A stretch of 49,249 nt of DNA, filler included, from Stramenopiles sp. TOSAG23-3 (taxonomy: Eukaryota), in the NCBI GenBank assembly GCA_900128585.1. It is 4 parts of 4 records of this genome, joined end to end, with 100 filler letters (N's around TTAATTAATTAA, not from the genome) between each part and the next. Parts side by side here need not be neighbours in the genome. Positions count along the whole stretch, not along the records: positions 1 to 22,499 come from LT642334.1; 3 more parts are not named here. One strand, written 5' to 3'. Positions within the stretch are counted from its first letter, which is position 1; each line of letters opens with the position of its first letter. The notes below the pieces were generated by a model, which made no database searches, was not told the DNA's origin, and worked only from the letters and a program-made list of their open reading frames with translations. Positions 1-10,194 of the stretch are shown here, piece after piece. The translations under genes and the position numbers were made by a program.

Positions 1-1
1 A

Positions 2-247
2 AAAGGGGGGGCCACGTACTTTCCGCAGGCCAAGCCAAAAGCGTTTCGTATTAAGCCTCGCAAGGGAACTTTGATCACCTGGTACAGCTGTTCCGAAGAT
101 GGGAAAGAGGACTTAAACAGTGAACACATGGGCGAAACGTTGATCAAGGGGCACAAATGGACCGCAACCAATTTTATATACCAGCATAATTCAAAGTGTG
201 GGAAGCGGAATATGTTGGGGAAAGTAAAGCACAGGGGGAAAAAGTAA
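2..247 (+). CDS. C-terminal part of a prolyl 4-hydroxylase-like 2OG-Fe(II) oxygenase (5' end outside the window)
   Basis: Frame 2, not in the ORF track, reads KGGATYFP...IKPRKGTLITWYS...DG..D..SEHMGETLIKGHKWTATNFI*. This matches the P4H C-terminal pattern GGxTxFP...P+KG...H.G..V..G.KW. Confidence 0.8.
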   Translation, partial: KGGATYFPQAKPKAFRIKPRKGTLITWYSCSEDGKEDLNSEHMGETLIKGHKWTATNFIYQHNSKCGKRNMLGKVKHRGKK

Positions 248-962
248 AATCTAGAGAAAAAAAGTACGAAAGCGCCCCCTTCTCCCCCCCTGCATGAAAG
301 TGTTTGTTCTGCTGCTGCTGTGGACGTTTAAACGGGTGGATTGTCGCATATTTTATATAGCCTGTGCGGAACAAATGTACTACCTAAGTAAAAAAACAAA
401 CACAAAAGACCGTAGCTTTAAAAAAAACAAATTATAAGACCGTAGCTTAATATTAGAGTACATTAAGTAAGTTTATGTATGTGTGTGTAAAAGGGGGGCC
501 TCCGTTCCTATGAGTACACCTTAACAATTCTAAAACGAACAACCGGAAGAAGCAAGACACCCTTCCCTCCGCTAAGTAAGGAAGTCCGTAACATGGTATT
601 ACAAGGCGATACGAGGGGGCTCTCCACCAACACCCGAGGACAGGAAAGTTCAAGAGTCCAGGCGGGGTGGGAGGAGTGAAAGAGTGGAAGGCAGAGCAAT
701 CAGAAGGGATTTCGTGAGGCGAACCGGTAGGAAAGGTTGCGCGAAGGGAATTGCATAGGAGGGCAGCGATGCCGGGATAGTATAGCCCCCGGGGATTGCA
801 GGCGGGCAAACGCCCTGGTGGTTGCTCCACAACTGCCAACGAGCGAGCGTGTTTGTACGTGTTTCTCTGTCTTTAAAAGTTTGTATATTGAATAATTATA
901 TAACGCGCTGCAACCCAGTCGACATTGAAAACATTTTCCGAGCGAACGCCAATATAAACCAT

Positions 963-1271
963 TTAGTAGACGTGTCCGGTGACGGCTTTCTTTTGGCCAA
1001 GTTCAAAACGTTTCGTTCTTTTTAATTGAAGGTGAGATTTCGACTTGCATTCTTTGCACTCAATACGTAAAACAATCTTCTTGGTGGTCTTCGCTTTCTT
1101 ATGGAAAATAGGCTTGGTTTGTCCACCAAATCCCTTTTGTTTCCTGTCGTAACGGCGTTTACCCTGGGCGAAGTTAGAGGCTTTACCTGCTTTGTACTGG
1201 GTTACCTTGTGCTCCGAGTGTTTCTTGCATTTCTTGCAGAAAGTTCTTTTCTTTTTAGGTGCGTTAACCAT
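963..1271 (-). CDS. RPL36A: 60S ribosomal protein eL42 (L36a/L44)
   Basis: [62 protein letters not shown] is the eL42 signature; intronless. Confidence 0.98.
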   Translation of the reverse strand: MVNAPKKKRTFCKKCKKHSEHKVTQYKAGKASNFAQGKRRYDRKQKGFGGQTKPIFHKKAKTTKKIVLRIECKECKSKSHLQLKRTKRFELGQKKAVTGHVY

Positions 1272-2446
1272 TTTCTTTCGCTAATTAATATATATGTTTT
1301 GGATGATACAGATCACAACTATAACGAGACTAATATGTTATTTCGTATGAATAATGAATTCTCGCCTATTTCTTGCAGCATTTTTGTAAACGCTTATCGT
1401 CCCCTGCACGGGCACTCTCACACTCACGCGCTTGTACCAATTGAAACGTTCACATCATTCGTTTGACTGTGTAAAACTCCGTCTGTTTTTTTAATTTATA
1501 TTTAATTTTACTAATTTCTCTGTATGTCCTCATTGTGTCCTGTTTAATAAATTAAAAAATTAAAAAAAGTATTAAACGATTGGAGCAATTAAATATCAAA
1601 TGGAATTAACAACCAAATAGCAAGGAAAAAAGGAATAATCCAAAATTACAACAGGTAGGTAGCTTTGTATACATATAGCGATAGCATAGAAATAAGAAAT
1701 GGAATTTATTAATAATATGGAAATAGTACATAGACAAATAGAAGGTAAATAATATAGAAATACATAAATAATATTAAACATATAATTAGTACGCCTATTT
1801 AAATAAATGTTAACAAAATATATTAACATAGAAAGAGAACCAAAATAAAATATTATAATATATTAGTATAGTTGTAAAATATACTTATATTCTATGCTTA
1901 TTTTATGTAGGGTAGAGCTTGAGCTTCAATACTTATTATAACTTAAAATGAAAATGAAAGAAATGAATGGTGAAAAAAATCGATTTGGTGGTGGTGGGCG
2001 ATTACAATGCTATGATAATGTTATTTTAATTCTTACAATGCTATGGTAATGTTATTTTTATTTTTACTGTGCTATTGACACATTGTATTGTTTACATAAT
2101 CACAGCAGTGGAATTATATTAAAGTTAGGAGTTAGGGTTACAAACGTCGTTCTTAGAACCCTAATTTATAACTATACTATATTATTTTTTCTGGCTCCGG
2201 CTCCTCTCCCTCCATCTCATCATCCTCGCTCGCTCGCGAAAAGATCATTAAAGCTTAGAAGAAAGTGGTAAAAAAAGAAGCCTCTCTGTCTCGTCTCGCT
2301 CGACGTTAGGATGCACGGATTGAAGTGAGTGAAGAAAGAAAATTCAACTTTAAAAGATCATGTCTAATACGTAACAATAGTAGAATAGTCGAATAGATTG
2401 ATTGAGAGAAGGGAGGAAACAGTTTCTTGAATTGTGCGGAAAGAGG

Positions 2447-4126
2447 ATGGAGGCGTGTATTGTTGTTTCGGCTTCCGGGGACGTGCAGGCCAGTGCGTCA
2501 GCGAAGCGGGGAGCCGACCGTTCGTCCGGATCTTCATCGAAAGAAAGGTCGAATGATCATGGGAACACTGCCCCGATCCAAGTATGGGACCCTGTTACAG
2601 GCGGATCGCTTGTTCAATTCAAGAACTCCAGCGGCGCCGTCCACGGGCTTGCCGCTGTTGGCGGGGAGGGCAGTGCGAACGTCTGGGACAACGGTTCCAG
2701 GAACGGGTGCGACTACATCTTGGCGTCCCAGGTAGGGAGAGGGTCCATCTACTCCTGGTCCTGGGGCCGCCACCAGCCACATTTTAAATCTCCAATGTCC
2801 GAACTGATTGGGCCCATATGTACGACGAAATCTGGGACGTTTTGTTTTGGTGGCGGGACGTCTGGGCGCATCTACGTGTGGGACGTTTCGACGGGGGAGC
2901 TTTTGAAACAGTTCCAAGCGCACTACAAGGCCGTTAAAGTCTTGCGGTTGACCAGCGATGACTCGTCGCTCGTGTCGGGGGGTGGAGACTCCATCATCAA
3001 CGTGTGGAACGTCGTGGAACTGGTAGACGTCACAGGCTTTGCCAGTAGCATTTCGAGGTCTGTCAAGCCCATGTGCAGCTGGAACGGGCACGCCTTGCCC
3101 ATCACCGACCTCTTCTGCAGCCAGAGCGGCGGCGGCATCAACGGGCACGTGTGGAGCGCTTCGATGGACCACACGTGCAAGGTATGGTCTATTTTGAACA
3201 ACACGGTTCTGAAGTCGATATCGTTCCCAGCGTACGTGTCGGCCATCGTTGCTGATCCGGAAGAAAAGTGCTTGTATGCGGGAGGGGGGGACGGGAAGAT
3301 TTACATTGCCTACATAAAAACCCTTGCATCCTCGATCACCGGCGACGGGCTGACTTACGGGTTGGACTCTTCGTCCAGCAACGGTGCAGGGGGGAACAGT
3401 AGAGAAAAGCGCCACACTTTGGTCGGGCACAATGGCCGGATCAACTGTTTGGCGATGGCGATTGGAGGCTCCGTGCTCATTTCTGGGGGACAAGACGGAG
3501 TCATTATTCTGTGGGACGTTGCCTCTCGCTTGTCAACGAAGAGGTTGTCGTTTCATGATGGCCCAGTCACCTCGCTCCTGGTCATGCCACGACCAGCCGA
3601 CCTGTTCAAATTGAAGCACGCGAAAGCCTCGGGGGACCCCAGTCGCCTCGCGCACGCGAGCCGTGGGGTTACCCTCGACAACGGAAAGGGGAAACAGGGC
3701 AATAAAGTTAACCAGCCGAGACCAATAGCCCCGTTCAGAAAGCACATGGAAAGCAAACACAACGATTACTCCATAGTCTGCACGTTGCCCATCAAGGCGA
3801 GCAAATTTATGTCCGCAAAGTCGTTCGGCGGCATCCGAGGGAAGTTTGGTGGCGCAAAGGCAAGGGCGCATATTTCGGCGGGTCAAGATCCAATAAGTGC
3901 GCAAGAGGACATGATTTCGCTGGCCCCATTGCCACAATCCACCGCAAAGACGCAGAGTGCCGAAGTCCAGCGCTTGAAGGAAGAAATCGTTCAATTGAAA
4001 CAGCAGAATGAAAGGTGGCAACGAGTGGCATTGGAGCTACAAGATATGGTTGGGGAAGAGGCAGTTGTGGACGAAGCGGGAGGTCGCACAGCAACCAAAC
4101 CGAAAAAACGGAGAAAGAAGCGGTAA
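2447..4126 (+). CDS. WDR18: WD40 protein, WDR18/IPI3/RID3-like pre-rRNA processing factor
   Basis: WD repeats (GRIYVWDVSTGELLK.F.AHYKAV..L; GH.LPITDL; S.SMDHTCKVW) plus a C-terminal coiled coil (LKEEI..LKQQNERW) and basic tail. First ATG is at 2447. Confidence 0.8.
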   Translation: MEACIVVSASGDVQASASAKRGADRSSGSSSKERSNDHGNTAPIQVWDPVTGGSLVQFKNSSGAVHGLAAVGGEGSANVWDNGSRNGCDYILASQVGRGSIYSWSWGRHQPHFKSPMSELIGPICTTKSGTFCFGGGTSGRIYVWDVSTGELLKQFQAHYKAVKVLRLTSDDSSLVSGGGDSIINVWNVVELVDVTGFASSISRSVKPMCSWNGHALPITDLFCSQSGGGINGHVWSASMDHTCKVWSILNNTVLKSISFPAYVSAIVADPEEKCLYAGGGDGKIYIAYIKTLASSITGDGLTYGLDSSSSNGAGGNSREKRHTLVGHNGRINCLAMAIGGSVLISGGQDGVIILWDVASRLSTKRLSFHDGPVTSLLVMPRPADLFKLKHAKASGDPSRLAHASRGVTLDNGKGKQGNKVNQPRPIAPFRKHMESKHNDYSIVCTLPIKASKFMSAKSFGGIRGKFGGAKARAHISAGQDPISAQEDMISLAPLPQSTAKTQSAEVQRLKEEIVQLKQQNERWQRVALELQDMVGEEAVVDEAGGRTATKPKKRRKKR

Positions 4127-4562
4127 GCTGGGGCGGCTGGTACCAAGAGGTCTAGGAAATTGTAAATAAATCATGCCACATAAAGGCAGCTTGACAAAAA
4201 AAAGTTTTTGCTTGTCAATAACACAACTTTATAATATTAATTCCGTAATGTATTATGGTAAATAATGGTACCGTAATAAGTTCGTTAGTAGACACAACAT
4301 GATGATGGGGGAGCGGCGTTGCTATGATGAGGAGAGAAGATGTGTTTTATTATTACATTATTTTACGCGAGTAGTAGTGGAAGAAGAAAGGAGAAAAAAA
4401 AGAAACTAAAAAATCAATACTCGTACTTCAACTTTTCTTCCAACAAACAACTTGTTGCAGCATAAAAGAAAGATTGATGGTTGCCAAAGCAGAGTTTTCT
4501 GCACACATACATCAACACTCTTTATTCACATACCAGGGGATTTCGAGTATACATACGCACAC

Positions 4563-5573
4563 ATGGTAAAGAGGGAGCTGTCGCGGGCCCGGTCTTTGGT
4601 AATACTTGGCGCATGGGGCGCGTTAATGCACGTTGCTTACTCGAAGCAACGCAAAAAAGACGCCAAGAACGCCAAACTGGCGGAGAAGAAAGACAGAAGC
4701 AAGATACTGAGGCCAGAAAATCGTAAGAGCTGGAAAGATCACTGGATTGTATCGTATTTAGTTGAGAATGGGACTGTCTGGCTATCTGTTTTGGTCCGGT
4801 TGAATTTATTCGCGCCACCCGGACAAAGCAGCGCGCTCTCTACGCTTGTGAGCGCTCTCTGGAACGACCGGTGGAATATGATGGCCCAGTGGTATCTTGT
4901 CCGACATTTTTATTCGCACATACCATATTTTAAGGGGTCTGAGCCGAAAATTCGCCCCTTTGGAGAACTGTTTACCGAGTTCATGTACGTCATTGGCATA
5001 AGCAGCGCACAACTTGTTTGGGTTAGAAGGAAGTTGTTGCCCAAACGAAAGTCTGGTTGGAGCCTCCGAAAAGACCTGCGGAATATTGGCTTTTTGTCGT
5101 TTAGTGCGAAGTTGGCGATCGTGCGAACAGTGGTAGACTCGCTGTTTTTCGCTGGCCACTGGGTTATCCACCGCCCGTTTCTGTACAATTGGGTCCATAA
5201 ACTGCACCACGAAGATGTCTGGGTCAACCCAACGAGCAACCAACATTTTTCTATTATTGATTTCTTTGTAGAAGCCTTAATTCCGGCGTTCCTGAGTATT
5301 ACAACTTTGGTGGCTTTAAAAATTAAAACGTCGTTGCTGGAACAATCGTTGCTCCTGGGGTACGTTGGGTACCTTGAAAGTCAGAGTCACGCGGGTAAAC
5401 CCAGTTCCGTATCGACTTTAATTGCGCCAATAGCGCCTTTGTACCATTACATACTCGGCGATATCGACAGACGGAACGTTGAATTTCACCAAGTCCACCA
5501 CGAGAGGCGAAAGTGCAACTATTCAATTACGCAATGGTGTGATAACCTCTTTGGGACGACACGCTTTTATTAG
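4563..5573 (+). CDS. Fatty acid hydroxylase / sterol desaturase family membrane protein
   Basis: His boxes HWVIH, HKLHH, SH.G and HQVHH, ending NYSIT.W.D.LFGT; hydrophobic segments. First in-frame ATG is at 4563. Confidence 0.85.
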   Translation: MVKRELSRARSLVILGAWGALMHVAYSKQRKKDAKNAKLAEKKDRSKILRPENRKSWKDHWIVSYLVENGTVWLSVLVRLNLFAPPGQSSALSTLVSALWNDRWNMMAQWYLVRHFYSHIPYFKGSEPKIRPFGELFTEFMYVIGISSAQLVWVRRKLLPKRKSGWSLRKDLRNIGFLSFSAKLAIVRTVVDSLFFAGHWVIHRPFLYNWVHKLHHEDVWVNPTSNQHFSIIDFFVEALIPAFLSITTLVALKIKTSLLEQSLLLGYVGYLESQSHAGKPSSVSTLIAPIAPLYHYILGDIDRRNVEFHQVHHERRKCNYSITQWCDNLFGTTRFY

Positions 5574-5734
5574 AGAAACTATCTGTGCGTCAAAAGTCAC
5601 GGAATAAAAATCTCTTTTATAAAATAAAAATAAGAAATTGTCGATCCAATAGTTATTCATACGATACGAAGCAAGTTCGTAACACTTAAGCACCTCTTAC
5701 TAATTAAAGAATGCATTATTTCTCCTTTTTCGTT

Positions 5735-6349
5735 CTACTCCACTTTCAATGCATCCTCATAAAGTTTGATTTTAAACCGATTCAAAAATTCCACTCTGGA
5801 TATAGGTTTGTTCTTCTTTAATCCCATAAATTTGTACAATTTTCGAACAACAGGGCCCACGCCACCTTTCAACTTTAGCCGCCGTTCCATCTTTGCTTTC
5901 TTCGCCTTTTCTAGCTCCTCTTGCTTCTTTGGGATAGGTAGAGCCGCTCCAGATTCTTCCAATACCTTTTCGGATTGGGCTTTTGACAGTGCTTCGTACT
6001 CGTCCTGTACGTCCTTGTAGCGAAGAACTAGACCGTCAGTGTCACTGTTGTCTACTTCTATCAAATGGGTGACCAGTTGAGAAAATTCATCGGGCTGAAG
6101 TGTCCCTGGCTCTTCAACTGAGTAAAAATCAAAAATCTTTTGTAAAAACTGCGGGCTTGACATTTGCCTCTTTATCGACGCTGAAACTTCATGCTTTCGA
6201 ACGCTCGACATTTTTTTGTACACGGGGTTCCCGTCGTTATCTAGCGCAGGAAGACCATCGCTTCCCATCACTGGGCGCTGGGCGCCCTTCTTCATAGTCT
6301 CAACTTCTTCCATGAAGAGATTCCGTTGCCCCGCACACAGCGCACCCAT
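5735..6349 (-). CDS. Small EF-hand-like protein with a putative N-terminal myristoylation/palmitoylation signal
   Basis: MGALC N-terminus; degenerate EF-hands KIFDFYSVEEPGTLQPDEF and YKFMGLKKNKPISRVEF. Confidence 0.55.
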   Translation of the reverse strand: MGALCAGQRNLFMEEVETMKKGAQRPVMGSDGLPALDNDGNPVYKKMSSVRKHEVSASIKRQMSSPQFLQKIFDFYSVEEPGTLQPDEFSQLVTHLIEVDNSDTDGLVLRYKDVQDEYEALSKAQSEKVLEESGAALPIPKKQEELEKAKKAKMERRLKLKGGVGPVVRKLYKFMGLKKNKPISRVEFLNRFKIKLYEDALKVE

Positions 6350-7067
6350 ATTTTAAAATTATACTCTGCTTCCGTATACAGGAAGGAATCGAACTCCAAC
6401 GCAATCTAATTCTTACTTGCCTGGTCCACAGCAAAACAAAAAAATACAAAAATGTTTGCATTCACAACAATAACAAAACAGTAAACTCTTGTGTTGACCT
6501 ATTTCAAATAAAGAAATGGAAAAAACATGCGGAGTGTAAATGTTAAACTAAAAGGAGGCAATTATTTATGCAGGGTGCGCCTTTTTCTTATTCGATGCAT
6601 GCAAGATTATCGATCGATATTATTAGACTATATAATAGTCTAGCTAATTATAACGGCAAGAAAGAAGAGAAGAAGAGAAGAAAAGACGGCGAGCGACAAT
6701 CGATCTTTCTTCATTCACCATTTTTTATACACATATCATGATATGTATTATTACAGTCTAAGTATCAATATAATGTATTGTATTGAATACATTATTGAAA
6801 ACAATACAATTATTAAGTACATTTTATTTTATATTCTGGTATATCATATAATAAATAATCTCAAAATCTATCTCCTCGTTTTATTTATTATTTTTTTTGA
6901 TTTCTTTGTCGTCTTTCATCATTCATTTGTTTTTCTTCTTCTTTCTTCTCGTTTTCAATTTAGATACTAATTGTATTTACCTGTTAAAATATATTCTACA
7001 ATAAAAATACGNNNNNNNNNNNNNNNNNNNNNNNNNNNNNNNNNNNNNNNNNGAGCTATAGTATTTA

Positions 7068-7662
7068 CCTGCTAAATACGAGGACGTCTCAATTTTATTA
7101 TTTATATTATATTTTCATCTTCTAGTTATTATTTAAAAACATTCAAGTCTTTAAACTAACAACTTTCACTGAAAAAAAATGCCGCGAACAAAACTTTCCA
7201 CCAGAACAATCGATTCATTAATCATGTCACGAACGATACGCCCAGCCAAAAGCGCCTTGAAATCTTGCCTCAAGAAAAAGAAAAGGTTCATGTGGGCAAA
7301 GGTCTTGACCGAAGTCCATCTCATCGAGAAGATTGGGAAAAGGAAGGTGAAAAAGCGCAAGAAAAATAGGAAAAAGGTGCGAGAGGTGGCGCAGCACGCC
7401 AGCGCTCTGTCGGGACGCGCGCGACGACGGCACGGTGGTACGGCTCATGTATATGGTTTTTACTGCGCGATTGCAGTCGGACTCATTGGCTGGTCCATGT
7501 GTCACGTGTTTACAGGTCCACTGAAACTCCCGCCTTGTCCATGTGCTGCCAACTTTTACGGATCTAATTGTGACCCATGCCCAAACAACGAAGCGGCCTG
7601 CTAAATACGAGGACGTCTCAATTTTATTATTTATATTATATTTTCATCTTCTAGTTATTATT
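7068..7662 (+). repeat. Identical 66-bp direct repeat pair (7068-7133 and 7597-7662)
   Basis: CCTGCTAAATACGAGGACGTCTCAATTTTATTATTTATATTATATTTTCATCTTCTAGTTATTATT occurs twice and brackets ORF 7179-7604. Confidence 0.95.
7179..7604 (+). CDS. Hypothetical, mosaic-looking ORF (basic N-terminus, hydrophobic stretch, laminin-EGF-like Cys fragment)
   Basis: CPCAANFYGSNCDPC resembles an EGF/laminin module; the ORF is terminated by the second direct repeat. Confidence 0.35.
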   Translation: MPRTKLSTRTIDSLIMSRTIRPAKSALKSCLKKKKRFMWAKVLTEVHLIEKIGKRKVKKRKKNRKKVREVAQHASALSGRARRRHGGTAHVYGFYCAIAVGLIGWSMCHVFTGPLKLPPCPCAANFYGSNCDPCPNNEAAC

Positions 7663-7797
7663 AATAGCAAGAGTTTACATTTGCGAACTGCAACAATACT
7701 CCTTGCCCTTTTGGTGTGTTTTGTTTATCCTTTCACAAAATTATTCATTCCTATCATTCCAAACGTTAACACAATATAAGTGTGTAGTAGGATATAT

Positions 7798-8735
7798 ATG
7801 AATCTGTTACTTTTTATACTAATCATAACATGTGCCCATGCCAATGTAACAGTTACACTATACGAAGACGCCGCCCTACCATTAGAAAACCTATGCAAAC
7901 AATCGATACCGCCTAAGAGCAAATTAATAAAACCCAAAAATAGATTGTTTCAAATATTATCATGGGATGTAGGATGCGAGAAAAGAAAGTCCACTCTCGC
8001 GAAATGCAATACAGCGTGCAATAATGGGTGCTGTGGAACTACGTGTGCTAGTAATGCATGTAGCGGTGGCGGATGTTGTACAGCTTCAAAAAATATATGT
8101 AAAGAAGCTTGTAATTTCATGTTTGCACCACCAGTATATGATATTATACAGTATACAAACGTAACGAATGAAACGAGATTTATAAACAAGACCAGATGGT
8201 TTAACAAGACGCACAATATTACCATCTACATTAATAAAACACGCTGGACCAATAAAACGAGATTTATAAACAAGACCATCCATATGGTTTAACAAGACGC
8301 ACAATATTACCATATACATTAATATAACACGCTGGACAAATAAAACGAGATTTATAAATAAGACTAGGTGGTTTAACAAGACTTATACTATAGAGAGGAT
8401 TATATGGGTTAATAAACACACGAACCAGTCACATTATCCAACCGTTATTTCAGAGAAGTTGGAGAACACAACGCATACATCTGGTAAACGATTTGATTAT
8501 ATGGGGTTCCTGCCTCGTGATTGGTTTTATGGGCGGATGTTTCTTTAGTTACGTCGTGTTTAAATTTAAAGAATTTGTAGACAGCTGGTTTGGTTGTTTG
8601 GATTGTGATTCACTAATTGAGTCATCATCAGAACCACCGCCTAAGAAGATAGATATACAAATACATCCGGGAATAGATACGCTTAGAAGGTCGTTATCAA
8701 ATTCACCTAAAGCCAGAAAACGTATGGAAATTTAA
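7798..8735 (+). pseudogene. Frameshifted type-I membrane glycoprotein (signal peptide, Cys-rich domain, NxT sequon repeats, TM helix, tail)
   Basis: The repeat unit ACCAGATGG is ACCATCCATATGG (+4 nt) in its second copy at ~8275-8287, breaking the NKTRWFNKTHNITIYIN repeat. The TM segment (IIWGSCLVIGFMGGCFF) lies in a third frame. Confidence 0.6.
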
Positions 8736-8893
8736 TTATAAACCCCTACGTATTTCCGTTTTTTAAATACCGAGCTTAACTTCGTACATAACCTGGACAT
8801 CTTCGTTTGCTGTGGAGGCTCAAAGTCTTCTTCATCTATCGTAAAAATCACTGTTTCCTCTCCAATCAGCTTCACGGTTTACTTTTCGTCCAT
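8732..8893 (-). pseudogene. Small ORF with a premature stop at codon 5
   Basis: Reads MDEK*TVKLIGEETVIFTIDEEDFEPPQQTKMSRLCTKLSSVFKKRKYVGVYN*; its stop overlaps the stop of the convergent gene (TTAA at 8732-8735). Confidence 0.4.
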
Positions 8894-8928
8894 TTTATAG
8901 ATTATATAAGGCACATATATACTTTAAA

Positions 8929-8976
8929 ATGCGTGTTGTTAGCGTAGATCCGGGATTGAGGAATTTCGGTGTCGCA
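8929..8976 (+). pseudogene. N-terminal fragment of a RuvC/poxvirus A22-like Holliday junction resolvase
   Basis: ATG after an AT-rich spacer gives MRVVSVDPGLRNFGVA, the first catalytic strand motif (hhshDPGxxNhG) of RuvC-fold resolvases. Similarity stops before the ankyrin repeats. Confidence 0.6.
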
Positions 8977-9008
8977 CCATCGTACATCAACTTCATCTCT
9001 TCTGGTCG

Positions 9009-10043
9009 TTGCTGCTGGCGAAGGAAGGCGTGAATGTTAACCAGGCACAGAAAGATGGTGCAACGCCACTCTACATCGCGAGTCAAAATGGTCACCCTGA
9101 AGTGGCGTCGTTGCTGCTGGCGAAGGAAGGCGTGCGTGTCAACCAGGCACTCGAGAAAGATGGTTTAACGCCACTCTTCATCGCGAGTCGAAATGGTCAC
9201 ACGGAAGTGGCGTCGTTGCTGCTGGCGAAGGAAGGCGTGGTTGTCAACCACCTCTTCACTCCTAGCATCGTCCCATTCCTCATTGCTTTTGTTTACCTTT
9301 CTTGCGTTCTGTAATTGTTTTCGAGCATCTTCAGGAGTGGCCATGCAAAGAAAGATGGTGCGACGCCACTCTGCATCGTGAGTCGAAATGGTCACACAGA
9401 AGTGGTGTCGTTGCTGTTGGTGAAGGAAGGCGTGGATGTCAACCATGCAAAGAAAGATGGTGCAACGCCACTCTACATCGCGAGTCAAAATGGTCTCCCT
9501 GAAGTGGCGTCGTTGCTGCTGGCGAAGGAAGGCGTGGATGTCAACCAGGCAGAGAAAGATAGTTTAACGCCACTCTACATCGCGAGTCAAAATGGTCACC
9601 CTGAAGTGGTGTCGTTGCTGCTGGCGAAGGAAGGCGTGGATGTCAACCATGCAAAGAAAGATGGTGCAACGCCACTCTACATCGCGAGTCAAAATGGCCA
9701 CCCTGAAGTGGTAACCTTGCTGCTGGCGAAGGAAGGCGTGGATCTCAACCAGGCACGGATATTTGGTGTAACGCCACTGATGAAAGCAAGTGGAAATGGT
9801 CATTTAGAGACTGTCACGGTACTGTTGCAACACGAAGGAATTGATGTGAACTTAAAGGATAAAGTTGGTGCAACAGCCTATTACCATGCCAAGGGATCAG
9901 GAATCACAAAGATGTTGAAAGAAAATGGGGCATACCCTCCCACTATTAGCGACCATGCAACAGTTTTTGTTGAAAACAAAAAATTGGCTGTTATTTGTTC
10001 GTGTGTGTACTATCTCCTGGGTACTCACATTCTCGCAGAGTGA
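9009..10043 (+). pseudogene. Ankyrin-repeat gene, 5'-truncated and interrupted by a 93-nt insert containing a stop
   Basis: About 7 near-identical ~99-bp repeats (DGATPLYIASQNGHPEVVSLLLAKEGVDVN); foreign sequence at 9251-9343 with TAA at 9312-9314. Confidence 0.8.
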
Positions 10044-10194
10044 AATGAAATAATCTAGGGGGTACATTGCAGGATTTCATTTCTTGGGTATTTCAGGCTA
10101 ACGGCGTAACGTAAAATGTGCGGTATTCTTAATTTGTTTCAACGTACGTATCATACAATTCTTTTTACAGAGTGTAAGTTTTGCTTTTACGTAT

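Noticed and set aside
406-450. AAGACCGTAGCTT direct repeat as a U3 snoRNA 5' end
   Set aside because: No box A (GGATCATTTCT) follows; it is just a short local duplication.
1596-2271. Short ORFs in AT-rich intergenic DNA (also 6743-6970, 16839-17133, 46348-46668, 48690-49125) and antisense ORFs over real genes
   Set aside because: Low-complexity I/Y/F/L-rich translations or shadows of coding strands, with no motifs.
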